A program made the position numbers and the translations under genes. From Syncephalis fuscata S228 (lineage: Eukaryota > Fungi > Zoopagomycota), in contig JAHLTZ010000011.1 in NCBI GenBank assembly GCA_025786725.1, forward strand, positions 496,001 through 560,000: 64,000 nt of DNA, given 5' to 3'. The notes under the pieces are model-generated. The model made no database searches and had not been told where the DNA came from. It saw only the letters and a list, made by a program, of their open reading frames with translations. Shown here in pieces: positions 25,975 to 39,570 of this stretch. How positions within the stretch are numbered: position 1 is the stretch's first letter; each line of letters starts with the position of its first letter.

Positions 25975-27965
25975 ATGTCCGAAAAAGCACCAAAAGAATG
26001 GTAAACAACAGTTTTGGTCTGGATCTTACAGAAGCATTGAACATGGATCAAGAAACACAGGCTATTCCACAGTCTACCAATCCATTAATCCGATTGATTT
26101 TACGGCACTATGGGTAATATAAATAAATAAATATGTGACATTTAATCTAACTACATTTCCAGTGATTCCACGTCGTCAATTACCGAAAACAAATAGAAAA
26201 AGACCGCAAGATTTGGGATTTAACTTTCAAAGATGGATGATTCTACTTGCTTCATTTCTTGTTCAGTTTCCAATGGGACTAGCTTTTGCTTGGAGCGTAT
26301 TTAATCAGCCAGTTGATGGATACATCTATAACAATGTTCAAGAAGGTAAGTGTATACTAATTAGGATTGCACCCGCTAAACTTTACAATGTAGGCAGAGC
26401 ACCACTTACATATACAATAATGTTTGGTCTCAACGGTCTAGCAGATTGTATTGCAGGGCCATGGGTGGAGCGTCTTGGTCCTCGTAAGGTACTTATTATA
26501 GGCACATTGTTTTATATAACTGGTTTTCCTATAAGTGCATTGGGAATATACTATAAGTATATTGGACTGGTATATTTTGGCCAAGGTATATTGGCCGGAA
26601 GCGGTGCTGGCATCTGTTTTATGGTACCTACCACGATAGTTCAGAAATGGTTTCCAGATTATCGTGGTGTTTCATCCGGAATTGCTATCGCAAGCTTAGG
26701 CATTGGCAATCTAGTCCATTCCCAAATAACACTGCCTGTTATTGATCTACTGGGAATTCCATGGACACTTATAGCATATGGTGCAGTACATCTTATACTG
26801 CTTTCCATAGGCACATTTATTACGCGTATACCACCACCGGATTTTACCGTCAAAGGCATGAATTCCGATGGCATACCAACTGGCGATGCTGGACAGAGCC
26901 AACCCGTGGATGAAGTAGGACAGACAACTGCATCAGCACCTACACGAATTAAATATACACCGCTTGAAATGCTGGGAGATCGTGAATATCGTATTATATA
27001 TGGGCTATTCTTGGCCAATTCTTTTTTAGTAAGTTGATAGATACTGATTTGAACAACGCTAATAATGATATGTAGATTTAGTGATTGCTTCACGACTTTC
27101 AAATATTGTCATAGATGTATTCCAAAAAAGCGACAATATAGCCTCGGCAGCAGTATCAGGTAAATAAATGTAAATAGCATTTGAAATGTAATAACACCTG
27201 GTATTAGTTGATGGAGCTTTCAGTGCATTAGGATCTATCATTGTCCCGCTGATATCTGATTTTATTGGACGTAAATCAATATTTGTGGGAACGTCTCTCA
27301 TACAAATAACATGCGTAGTATTAATGATAATTTTCCTGCAATACAGCAATCTTTGGGGATTCTTAGTGGCAAAATGGTTTGTGACCTCATGTGTTGATGG
27401 CGAATGTAGCACACTTCCTTCCATGCTGGCAGAGCTGTATGGCAATACGAACGTTAGTACCGGCTACGGGTTAGTATACTAGCACAAACTTAATATTAGC
27501 ACTAATCTATCAGATTTTAGAGTGCTATTCGCAGGCTGGGGAATCATGGGAATCAGCGGTGGATTTATATTTGCTGCCATCTATGACCACTTGATTGATT
27601 CCAAACAGTACACGGCTGCCGATCCTATGGTGTACATAATTAACATATATTGGATGCTCGCCGTTTGCTGCGTAGGCATGGTTGTGCTATGCTTTTTGCG
27701 CATGAGTGTACGGGATCGTTTGCTATTGCCAGTACCAGGCCAGCTATTCCGCATCCAGCTAGGAAAACGATTGCTACGTGTCAGTACACGGCGAGGCATT
27801 GAATTATTATCATCAGAGGATGAAGAGCGTGAATGGACAGCATTTTGGAGTACACAAACTATACCGGCATCAGGGTGTGTACCAGCTGCAATATTAAGCA
27901 AATTAGAAATAGCGCCAAAAATTACGAAATTTCAAATATTTAAATTCGTATTACATAAATTCTAA
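25975..27965 (+). CDS. MFS transporter, OFA-like, paralog 2
   Basis: FAWSVFNQPVD, GPWVERLGPR, KWFPDYRGVSSG; same intron layout as paralog 1, opposite orientation. Confidence 0.85.
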
Positions 27966-28078
27966 TGCACAAGTTGTAAAACATTATTTTATTTTATTTA
28001 ATATGATAATGATTGCAATAAAGTTTTATTTTTTTTATTTACAGCTATTTCAATTACACATATGCCTTGTCATTAACC

Positions 28079-28756
28079 ATGATTACAGCAAAAATACTAT
28101 TTTGATGTTTACTATTTCAAAATGCTGATAAAACGTTATTTTACACATATAAGCGTAAAAATTACCGCGCCAATGCCATAAAAGTATGCTACAGTATTAA
28201 AAAGTGCTTTTAGTGTAACTAGGTGGTAAAAAACAATGACATTTCAATTAAAAAGTAATAGAAACAAATAAATTAATAAAATGTTGATAGTACTACGTAT
28301 AACTTTACGTATAATAAAGCAAATTGTATGATATTCTGCACAAGTGTACATATAACATGTAGATAGCTATTAGCAAAGTATACGGTTATTGTATTGCGTA
28401 ATAGTGTAACAATTATGATAATACACTAATAAATATGTAAAAATAGCAGTTTTTTACTGTTTATGACTCATATAAACAAAATGCATCAAAATCATTGCCA
28501 AATTCAAGTTTTCCATGCTTTGTTATACAGATTGGTATGAAATATAGAGCAACGATTTTTGCAAAAAGTGTTAGCCAAAAAGTGATTTACGTGTAAATTA
28601 GTTAACAATACTTTACGGTATTTGTACATATAAAACATAAACCGTTACTGTAAGTTGGTATTTCTGCACGCTAATTTGCTATCATGATTTTTGACGCTGT
28701 GGAACGCTTTGGATTTGCTTTATAGCAAATTTTATTTTATTATTAAAAACTAGAAT
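28079..28756 (+). repeat. ~680-bp AT-rich dispersed repeat, copy 2 (lacks the right inverted arm)
   Basis: Near-identical to 18213-18895. Confidence 0.9.
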
Positions 28757-29726
28757 TATAAAAATAAGATATTTTTGTTGTAATCATAGTTATTAGAATC
28801 ATGATATTATATTTTGTAATGGTCATATTTGTTGTAAATAACAAATAATGCCATTTAGGATGTTCATAGATATTATGCGCCAATAATAAAATTCTATGTA
28901 TTATGAACGCCACACTGCTAGCCACATACTTTCCATTGTATATTCATTCTATGCTATATTGTTTATTTGCAATAGCCACATACTAGTTATAACTGTTGTT
29001 TGTTTGTCTCTACCAATAAATGTTGATTAACTTTGTTTATTAAGCCATATAGATGAACAAACAAATAATGTAGGTATGCGTAAACTTTTACGTTATTAAA
29101 AAGTATGTATTAGTCTGGTTATTTATGTTTATTGATCGCTGGATTAGCTAACGCCAAATAAGCTGGTATGGAACCGGAGAAAGTTAAAAATAAAGCATAT
29201 AAGTATTAATGCAGCAATATAACGATATTTAAATTAAATATGACCATTTCTTTACAAATGTTAAGATATATAATAATATTTTGTGACTATTCTATTTGAA
29301 GTAAAACAATAAACACCTACTGACGTTACACTAGTTTTAAATGACTTATAAGGTAGATTGTAATTTATTATCTTTACATTGTTGCTTTATATTATTAACG
29401 TTGGTATAAGCTAGTTAATTAATAAATTTATTGAGAAGTTGGGCACCAATAGAACATAATCTGATAGAAAAAGTTGCAACGTCCAGGATGCACCTTTTGA
29501 TCTGTAAATTCGCCATAGAGGCCATCGTTCTTATATTATACCGCGTTCTACCAGGCAATTGTTTATATTACTCTAGTAAGGTTTGTAAAAACCCCACTAT
29601 GTTTTGCGACCAATAAATGTAATAACAGCATCAAAAACGGCAGTAGAAGCAGCAACAAAAATAACAACAGCAACAACGACAAGAGCAGTAGTCGTCATTG
29701 CACATGCACAACACAACACCGATCCC

Positions 29727-32293
29727 TTATTCGTTTAGGAATTGTAGTAGCGGTGTAATACCGGATGGAGTGCAGGCCTTTTTCAAAAACTCGTGTCGTA
29801 CAAGCTCGGCTGCTGTTGCCCGGCTTTTCACGTCAACGCACAAGCACTCGGCCAGGAAAGTCTTTAGTTCCGCGCTTAGCTTCTCTGGCTTCTTCAACGC
29901 CGGTGTGCCGTTGGTGGCAATGAGATAGAGTGCTTTAAGTGGCTCTTCATCCAGATAAGGTGGCTCTTTTTCAATCATTTCAATGGCCATAATACCTAGC
30001 GACCAGATATCTACTTTGGCGCCGTATTCCTTTTGTTTAACCACCTCTGGAGCCATCCAGTACGGTGTGCCCACCATAGTGGCACGTTTATTATGTCGTT
30101 CAGTCAGTTTAGCACAAAAGCCAAAATCGGCTAGTTAAATAAATAATAGTTAGTATTCATTATACTGTTGTAATATATTACAATAACTCACTAATCTTCA
30201 CTTGACCCGATGCATCCAATAGCACGTTATCACTTTTAATGTCTCTGTGAATGATATTGCGTTCGTGTAGATGTTGCAGTCCTTTTACCGTCTAAATGAG
30301 CGATTAGTCCACCAATGCAATTATATTGGCTGGTTGTGAGCATATCATTCATACCTCGTAACAAATACAGGCAATTTGCGACTCGTTCATGGTATTTTGA
30401 TCGATGACATCGGTCAATGGACCACCTTCCATAAAGTCCATAATTACCCAGAGTTCATTGCTGCGGACCAAATAACTGTCCAAGTAGTTTACGATATTAG
30501 GGTGCTGCGACTCTTTCATAACAAGAATTTCATTAACAATCAATTCTTTTCGTGGCTGGTTGCTTAGATCCATTTGTTTAATAGCCACTTTCATGTTGGA
30601 TGTAAATGAACGTGCTACATAGACGGATCCAGATGCACTAGTAGCAATAATAAACAGGTGATGTTGGCATTAATATGGCTAGCCTAGATTTAACCAATAT
30701 TCATTGCACCTACCCTTGACCAATCTTCTTAATCTTGTTATATAATACGGTAGGATCGCCTCTAGATACAACAGAGCCTATAGTAGTTATTAGATAAGTA
30801 TCCAATGAATAGATAGCATAATTATAGTATCTTACGTAGTTTTTGCATAATTTCTGCTTCTGTCATCGTGGAAATTCGTTTTTCTTCTCGTTTTTGCTTT
30901 GGTTTAACCGTGACATTGTTAGAGCCTGATGCGCTAGGCTGATTAGCAGTCAGCTTCTCAAGTGCACTCTGCTGCGACGATTTGCTCTACATAAAATGCA
31001 GATTAGTTTCACTAGTATTGTTTATTACCATTGCACCTACCTGACTGGAAGGCGGCGACAAATTAGATGGTGGTGGTGGTGGCGGGTGTGGTTTAGCAGG
31101 CTAATTGCAGTATATTGGTTAATAAAATCCACTATAACTAGCATCGACTTACTGAGTAGTCGTTTCCAATACCTACATTAATGCTGGATGTACGTTTTGG
31201 TGGCTCGGGCAAGGCAGATGTTTTATTAGAGTATAGTGTACTGCTGCCAGAGCTGTGTGAACTAGGAGCTGACACAGGTGGTCGTTGGGTAGGAGATGCA
31301 CCCCACTGACCATGCTGCTCCATCATCATATCGTCATATTCATCTTTACGCTGTGTCTGTCCGTGTAAAACTCTAGTACATCAATAACGGCCTGCGGATT
31401 CTTTGTGTAATCCTCTTGGGTAATGGCCGATGCCGACAACAGCTTGGACCATTGATCAGGCAATCCCTGTACACAATAATGTTAGAATTACGTGTTTATA
31501 TCGCCTAATGCAGCTCTATTCGATTACTTACCGTAAATACACCACTATCTGGATCAAAACCAACATGGACTTTGTGTACAAAGTTGGTAGGATTAGATAC
31601 GCCCATAAGTGGCGAACGCTAGTCGATACCGTCAGCATAAGCAGATGTATCTATTAATTAATGGCATTACCTGATAAATTTCATCCATCCAGGAATACAG
31701 TTCTTCATCATTTCTACAGGAAATATAATAGCTTTTATCCTTGGTAGTCAATTCAAAGCAATACGGCTTTGAATCAGTACGTGATACATTGTTGACCTCG
31801 CGCAGAAATATCAACGCAGTGGCCTGTGTAGTGGACTGTAGAAAAAAAAAGTTTAATTAATTAGCCGCACAAAAATAAAACAGCATGCTGTAGACATGTT
31901 CCCGTGCAATTAATAATAAGCCCTCGTCCAAATGACGTGTATCTATCTCAAACTAGCTACACATATTTACTGTTTATTGTTTCAACAATCTGCAGATATG
32001 CAAATCGTTTCCTCCTATGCTAACTAGCCTCTAAATAGAGCCATGCTATCTCAAGTCAGCTACTGTAATGTAGGTAACCATTACAATAGAATAGCCTCGT
32101 CATCCCAGTCATGTCTCATCGACCTCGCTCTCCTTTATACGTGTTCTCTCTGTACCCGTGTAACACTTACCTCATTTCGAAAAAAAGTCAAAGTTGGTTC
32201 GCGTAGTACGAGCCATCTCTTGGACCAAATCCAAGAACGTATTCCATCTTCCTTTACAGAGACGTTTCCTTTCTTCACGATGAATGACGCCAT
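29727..32293 (-). CDS. CLA4: PAK family kinase, Cla4/Skm1 type (PH-CRIB-kinase)
   Basis: PH ([26 protein letters not shown]), CRIB ([16 protein letters not shown]), kinase ([50 protein letters not shown]). Confidence 0.93.
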
Positions 32294-32545
32294 GGCTGGT
32301 GATATCTAAAGCCAGATACAGTCAATCACTGGCACACGATGAATAAACGATTATTAAACGTCCAGACAGGACTAAGCTGTATGAACAAATAAAGGTGTAC
32401 AAACACAAAGATACGGAGATAGAGAAGGAAAAGGCCACTCGACAAGAACGCTATAGTCACAAACTGACACTATTTAACTTGAAATAAGATGAAAATAAAT
32501 AGTGTGCGAATAGATGGTATGTTGGCGGTGAAGTCAAAGGGGAAA

Positions 32546-32810
32546 CGTGTGCGTAGACGTGCGTGTGTGTGTGTGACTTTGAAGGAACTTCGCTTTGAGA
32601 GAAAGAGAAAGAGAAAGAGAAATGAAAGAGAAAGAGAGCGCGTGTAGCTATTGTTGTTGTTGTTATAATAGAAGCGAGAGAAAGAAAGAAAGAGAAGTAA
32701 GCATGCGTGTGTGTATGTTAATAGCATGTGTGTGGGTGTGTGGGTGAATGGATGAATGTGTGTGTATAGATCGGTGTGTGTGTGTGTGGATGAATGGGTG
32801 TGTGCGTGTA
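32546..32810. repeat. Compound GT / GA / GTT microsatellite region upstream of the PAK start codon
   Basis: Runs of (GT)n, GAGAAA and (TTG)n visible directly. Confidence 0.75.
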
Positions 32811-34665
32811 GACCACGATGACCATGGTCATAAAGAAACAACGTTGCCACCACGTTCATTTAAACGTTAAGCTACTGATTGGTATTCAACTTTACTTCAT
32901 CTAATGGTCTTAGTGGCCGATTATGCCAACAGACAAGCAATTATAAAAGTATATGCGTATACATTCATATTCCATGCCAAGGCACGTTTATCGTTTCTGC
33001 ACAACTTGTAGTAAACTTTGTTACCTACCGAAATAAGCTTTTTCTTAATACTTGTTGTTGTAATACTAATCGCACGCTGTATAATAAAGGAAAATAAAAT
33101 CTTGTTGCCTGATCTTGTTATAGTCGCCGTCGTCGTTGTATATAACTAACGAAGAAGCAAACAAGGAACGAGACGAGAAAATAATTGAAGGTGAAACTGT
33201 AGAGGAGGACAGGCTTAGAAAAAGCAACTATTAGCCACCCACGGCTGTGTACACTTGCCTGTACACGCTACACGATAAAAAGAAAAGGTGGACTACTAGC
33301 AGTAACAATACAAATACAATATATTAGTAATGTGATCGTAATAGCGTAGTAGTAATAGTATTAGCAAGGACAGTAGCAATAATAATAGGTGGTGACAATA
33401 GTGATGAAACGCAGCGCAGCAGCAGATGACGACACCACCACAATTACGCAGTTCAAGTCTGTTTGTCTGTCGGCAGGCGGTGACAGTAAGTAGAAAGGAT
33501 AGACGAACGAACGAACGAACGAATAAAGCAAAGCAAAGAAACAGAAGGAAAGAGAAGGAAAGGGTGCACGCGTGTTGCTGTAAGGTAAGGAGAGTAGAAT
33601 GGAAAGAGTAGAAAAGTCTTTAGATCAATGTATACCAACACGCGTAGATATATTCTCTACCGACTGATTGTTTTAGATCAAAAGTGCTTTTAGCGCAAAT
33701 GTTGTAAAAGAAGAGCAATTGTAGTAGATTTTACGAGAAATAGATTAATTAGCAAAGTTTAATCAAACCAACTATTATCATTTCAATTACTTATGAATCC
33801 ATCTTAGCCACCTATCAATGCTACATGAGGTAGAAGTTTGCTTATCAGCTATTTTTATGCTAATTACTATAGATGGCTACTGATTAAAATAAATTTAAAT
33901 AACAGCTATCATTACTATTAGCAATGTTAATCGTGTTATTACTATCAATAGTGTTGCTACTATTATAGTCGGCCTATGTTAGTGGACAGGCGCTTATTCA
34001 GTCTCCGACAGACTACACACCTAATGCGTGCAAGTAAATCGACAGTTCATTGGCATGTTCAGTAATTACACTGATAAGATTGATTGGCCGACAGGCCATA
34101 ACTAAGCGGAGTTGGTAAATGAACACAATGGGTTACAGAAAAGCCAGGACTATGTGTAGTTAATACTACATTTATAAAGATACTAACATTATTACTGGTG
34201 TTACTATTAATGGCCTATAGTTCATCATTAAATAGAAAAATATTGTTTACTGTCATTATTCTTTTTTGTTTTTATTATTCTATTCTTGATCGCTCTATTG
34301 CTACACACTAATTCCTCGTGTTCTTTCAACCATCTTGTGATAGTGCATTATTACTTGGCACGTGTATGTACGTATGAATGTACGGTCATGGCGATTACTT
34401 GTACAACAGTGACTATAATACATACAAGGACAACCGCATGTCTATAGACACGTGATATCATGCCACATGTTATGGCATGGTCATGATAACGATAGTGATA
34501 GATCTGTTCTATCTCGCATTCTATAACAAACAATCCAATAAATATGGTAAACTGGTACAAATGAACAATTAAAACACAATAGACATGGAAACATTAATAG
34601 TAATTATTATCGTTATTGCAACAATAATAGTAACAACATAGATAAACACAATAGATATTGATTGT

Positions 34666-36025
34666 TCATAGAAAATAGGGCGTGCCGTAGTACGGACAGG
34701 TACTTTGCGTTGGTCATCAGGCACCGCTGTAAATATCTTAAAATTGCTCTCTTCAACCTGTAGCGTCTCGTCAATCTGCATAATACTGGCTACATTGCCG
34801 CATCGATAGCAGTAATTCGGTGCTGACCATACAGTGACGAGATTCTCATCGGGAAACATAAACTTGTAGCCTTCCTGTACCAGCTGATGGGCTCGAGCAA
34901 TAAGTGTTAAATCATTGACTTGATTAAACTGTGTCATAAATGATTAATAATAGTAAATAATCAGTTAAACGTAATACGATCGGCCTATTATGCTTACTTC
35001 ATTGGTCACTTTGCCACCAAATAACCAACCGGCTCCACGTGGACTCACAGCCCATGCATCAATTTCCTCTGGATCTGACCACATCAAATCTAATACGTAG
35101 TAATACATCATAATACATCATAATACATCAATCCCACTATTTCATATTATAATACAACAACATGCTATGCTTACCACAAAATGATCCTTCATGAGGAATT
35201 TCTTGACAACGATGAATTGTCCTAATCTGGTCTAATGTGCGGATATCTGGTGATAATCCACCGTGTACACAAAGTATACGACCATCGACAATCTATTAAT
35301 ATATTGTAAGTTAAACCATTTATTAATAAATACTATGCTATTAATACTTACTGCAGCCAAGGTTAAATAGTCAAATACTTGACAGCAGTATTTCCATACA
35401 TTAGCATTGTTGTATTTTGTTTGACATTCATCTAGATAATTCACATCAATCAGTGTAACAATAATGTATTATTTAACTTACCATAAAATCCATAGACTTG
35501 AGTAATTTGTCGACTTTCATGATTGCCACGCAATAATGTAATCTTATCGGGATAACTGTCAATGATCAATTAGACACTTGTATACGCTGTATTCTATACA
35601 TAGCCTACCGAGCTTTTAACACCATCAGCATTGTAAATGTCTCTAGACTGTAATAGCCACGATCTACAAAATCTCCCTATTATAAATATTAGCCACACTT
35701 TAATTCTACACTCAACTATCTACTAGCATCATTACCATAAAGATATAGTTTGTATCAGGAATATCGCCACCTACTCGAAACAGTTCCAATAAATCATAGA
35801 ACTGCCCGTGAATATCACCACAGACGGTCACTGGTGATCGCACTGGCTGCACATTCGACTCCTCCATCAACAGTTCCTTAACCTATTCGGTATATATAGA
35901 ATTGGCGCTTATACTTGTACATCTATTCATCTACTTACCTTTTCACACAGCTTCTTTATGTCAGGTTCCGGTAGATACTGGCATTGACGGATAGTTTCTA
36001 ACCATCGGTCGGGATCGCCGCTCAT
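34666..36025 (-). CDS. SIT4: Ser/Thr protein phosphatase PP6/Sit4 catalytic subunit
   Basis: [58 protein letters not shown]; terminal YFL* at 34666-34677 is one base out of frame. Confidence 0.92.
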
Positions 36026-36563
36026 GATGATACTGTAGTTTTAGGACTGAGTCCATTCAAATTACGAGTCAGATGCCATATTCGATAATTTCCATGCATA
36101 CCTCGCAATAATAACAGATAGACTCGATTGCGGCACGAGGACGGCGAAGAAAGAACTACAGATGGTGACGAGTAAAGAGGATACTAATGACAAGGTTATA
36201 GAAGTAAGAGGGGAGCTGTGTGTGTGGTGTCAGGACTAAAGAAACTAACGAATTCGCTTTGATTCAGGCAATGTTTTTATTTTTAAGCAGCGTAGATCCA
36301 ACGCTATATTTGCCTACACGCACCGACCAATCAATTCCGGTCCAAAAGAAAAGAAAAATAGAAGAGGAAAGAAAGATTGCCGTGTTAGTCAATAATCGCT
36401 TACGATGATAGGAAAGGAATAGAGAGTGGTGTGTAGTGTGTATTACTGTTGTTGTTATTACTAATTAAATAAAATAAAATTGAGACTATTACACTTTTGC
36501 ACTTTAGTGTAGATCTCAATATGAATGGACTATTTCACCTATTTATTATAGTTATTGTGATTA

Positions 36564-38331
36564 TTACGTCGATGGTGTCGAGGTTGATGCTGGTGGTGGC
36601 CGTGCAGTCACACGATCTTGTAAGCCATCTCGGCTAAATTCTTGCCGCCATATTAATTCATCGACATAAGCTTCGTCGGGAACGTGGCAGTTGCGTGTGC
36701 AGGTATAAATAGCAAGTGTGCCCCAATCAAGAGCATCAGAAGCCGAGTGATCAATACGCAAAAAGTTAAGAATTTGTGGCAGTATCTAATAAAGCATAAT
36801 ATAAATATTAATGTTAGAAAAAGATAATTTAATAATGTAATACTTACCTGGAATTCAAAGGTGCGTTCTGCGCCACAATGGCTACACGCTACAATATCAC
36901 TTGTTTCTGATGGCATGCCTATATCACTGACCCATAATGGTTGAGCCGGTGTTTTGGTGTATTCAACACGAGCATATCTACAATCAATGGTATATTAGCA
37001 TTGATGAATATTAGCTAATGCAAACTTACCGAATGACTTGATCGGGATAACGAGCAATACGTCGCTGGAAAGCTAGAAAGGCGGCATCAACGTGCACCTC
37101 TGTATCCTCGTATTCCTCCTCCATAGCTTCTTTGTCCTCCCTTGCGCGCATCTCTAATAGCAACATTAATCATAATTAATAAATATTGGTCAAAATAGAT
37201 AAAAGTATCAATATAACTGCTAATTACCAGTAATATTAAGACCAGCCATACGATGTGGTAATTCTAAAGCATCTGGATTAATTGATTCCTCTCCACTGCC
37301 TTCTGGCTCAGAAACAATTTCGCGCTCATCAAATAAACACTTTTCTCGTCGGGTCTTCATTAATGGATCGTCTATATCTGGTGTTGTTTTTCCACACTGT
37401 TCACGATGGCCACCAACAGTCCAATCAAGGATTTGATGTGGACGAGCACAGTAACTAACTGCGTGGCAGCGCGCACACTGCTTTGAGCCATTTAATCCAC
37501 ATAATACACACTCAGTTGCTATAATTCCAATAATCATTAATTATTATATAGTAAAAACTATAATACAAAGATATACCTGGATTACAGTTCAGTTGCCAGA
37601 CAGGAGCCTCATCGTCAGTTAGATCTTCATCGTTTGCATTCCAGTCACCATCATCATCATTTTTATTATTAGTCTTATTTGTTGGTGTGTCCTTTGTAGA
37701 TGCTCGTTTTTTGTAAAATGAATTATCTTGAGGTAATTGGCTACGTAACACACGGAAGCTATTATAACTGTATAAATTATTATGAAAATATTGCTACTAA
37801 TTCATTACCAATCACGCCATGATTTTTGATGACAGGCACCTTTTGGACAGCAATATACATAAATAGTTCTATGAAACGCTTCAGCTGGCTGATCCTCGGG
37901 CGCATATAACTTTTAAGTGATTAGTTAGTAAAGTATTTAATTATCTCATTAAATTATAACATCTACCTGAAGTAAAAAGGTCATTGGGTCTTTGCAAACA
38001 CCACATAGAACACGCGCAGCCGCTAATGGCTTGGTTGGATTTAACCAGACCTTTTTGACATTTTAATTAATTATTAATTGCTAATATTACAAACGAGTAA
38101 AATAAAACTACTTACAGGTCGACCGCCAATTTTTGATGGAAATGACTCGTAAGAAAATGCTTCCTCACGTTCATCTTCATCTACTCGTTCAGCAAATCCA
38201 AGTTGGATAACAGCTGGTTCTTCGTCGTTTTTAGCTTTACCAGGCGCTAAGCTGTCATCACAGTCTGAAGCCGAGTCGTTGGAACAAATACTTGCTCGAC
38301 GTGGAATTTGCTCATGCGTGGCGGTCGTCAT
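36564..38331 (-). CDS. PDCD2: Programmed cell death protein 2 (PDCD2/Tsr4 family) with MYND finger
   Basis: SKIGGRPVWL, LQLYAP, FHRTIYVYCC, MYND CVLCG..CARC..YC..HQ..DW..H..C, C-terminal CSHCG..RTFEFQILPQ, LDWGTLAIYTC. Confidence 0.9.
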
Positions 38332-38744
38332 TGTACACCTTTACCTAATTTTAATAAAGCAATTTGTCATATACCATACTTGTTACTATAACGAATCTAT
38401 AAAGTATATGGCTATTTACCGTGAAGTAAGGCTGCTGTAGAGATTCAACAAAAGTTAAAAGGAATCCGTTGTTTTTTTTTGTTTTTTATTGAGAACAAAA
38501 TTTTATTGTAATGGCTGTTAAACATTTACTTTGTATCCCCATCCAGGGTACTAATTTTTTTACACAATCCATTGTAATAATCCGATTAATTGATTTATGT
38601 TTTAATGATCATTCACAATAAATATTAATGTAACATTATTGTCCATTATTATTTTCATGAAATATAATTAAATGTAAAAAAGCATTGTATCAGTAGCTGC
38701 TATTTTAAACATTTAAATAGACAATGTAACATGCCATTTGCTTT

Positions 38745-39110
38745 TTTTTGGAACATTTGAGGTCAATCATTGTTGTTCTTTGTTATGTATAGAAAATTGA
38801 TCGAATATTGATAGAAGTCATATGACTGCAATTCCATGTCATTCCATATTTTTCGTTGTTGTTACTACTTACAGTGTGGCTTTTTGCAGCTGAATGGCCT
38901 CTTCTATTTTTCAACCTTTTACTGTTGTGTTTTGAGCATATTTGCGATGTAAAATACTCATCTATGGTGACAAAAAGGTAGGACGAGTAGCATTTCTGAT
39001 GTTCACCATTCTCTTGAGCATTCTTGGTATCAACTTGGTAGGCGCAGTTTATTTGCCGACCATTGATGAAGCAAATTACCTCCACCATATGCAATAATGA
39101 TAGGTTGAGT
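38745..39110 (-). pseudogene. Degenerate C-terminal fragment of a Fanzor/TnpB-like RNA-guided nuclease gene
   Basis: Across shifting frames: PIIIAYGGGN / ASSMVGK*TAPTKLIPRMLKR / LFVTIDEYFTSQICSKH / TWNCSHMTSINIRSIF / PQMFQ. This is collinear with the RuvC-II (DEY.TSQ.C), Zn-ribbon and RuvC-III (WNRD.NA..NI) layout. Confidence 0.7.
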
Positions 39111-39570
39111 GTCTTCACCAGGGAAATCTTGTAGCGACAGTTATAGCCAAAAGATACGGCATGTCGTTGAGGTTACTTGAACAAATTTTAATGTGAAATA
39201 AGAAAAGTAAAGACTAGGATTGAATACTTTACAGCAACAATAATATGGATTAGCACTTATTTATTATACTTTATTGTAAGTAATATAAAAAATACTATTT
39301 ACATTATTAACACTAATATTGGATATTGAAAATTGTGCTAATTAATTAAGATTCTGATTAATTCAATTAGAATTGATATGGCACTGCTTCAATAAATAAC
39401 GCATCTCAGTATTAAAAGCTAATCAACGGTTTATTTGAGTTATGGATCTTTTTTCCTTTAATTTAAGAATAGGAAGTTAAAGTAAAATAGCTCCTGGCTA
39501 TTAATTAAATAATTGCGTAAAATTGCAGTTTGTGCTTAAACTGTTTTACTTTTATAGAAAAGCTTAATTT

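Noticed and set aside
32470-32859. 129-aa His/Thr-rich ORF upstream of the PAK gene
   Set aside because: Translation of GT/GA microsatellites; no coding signature.
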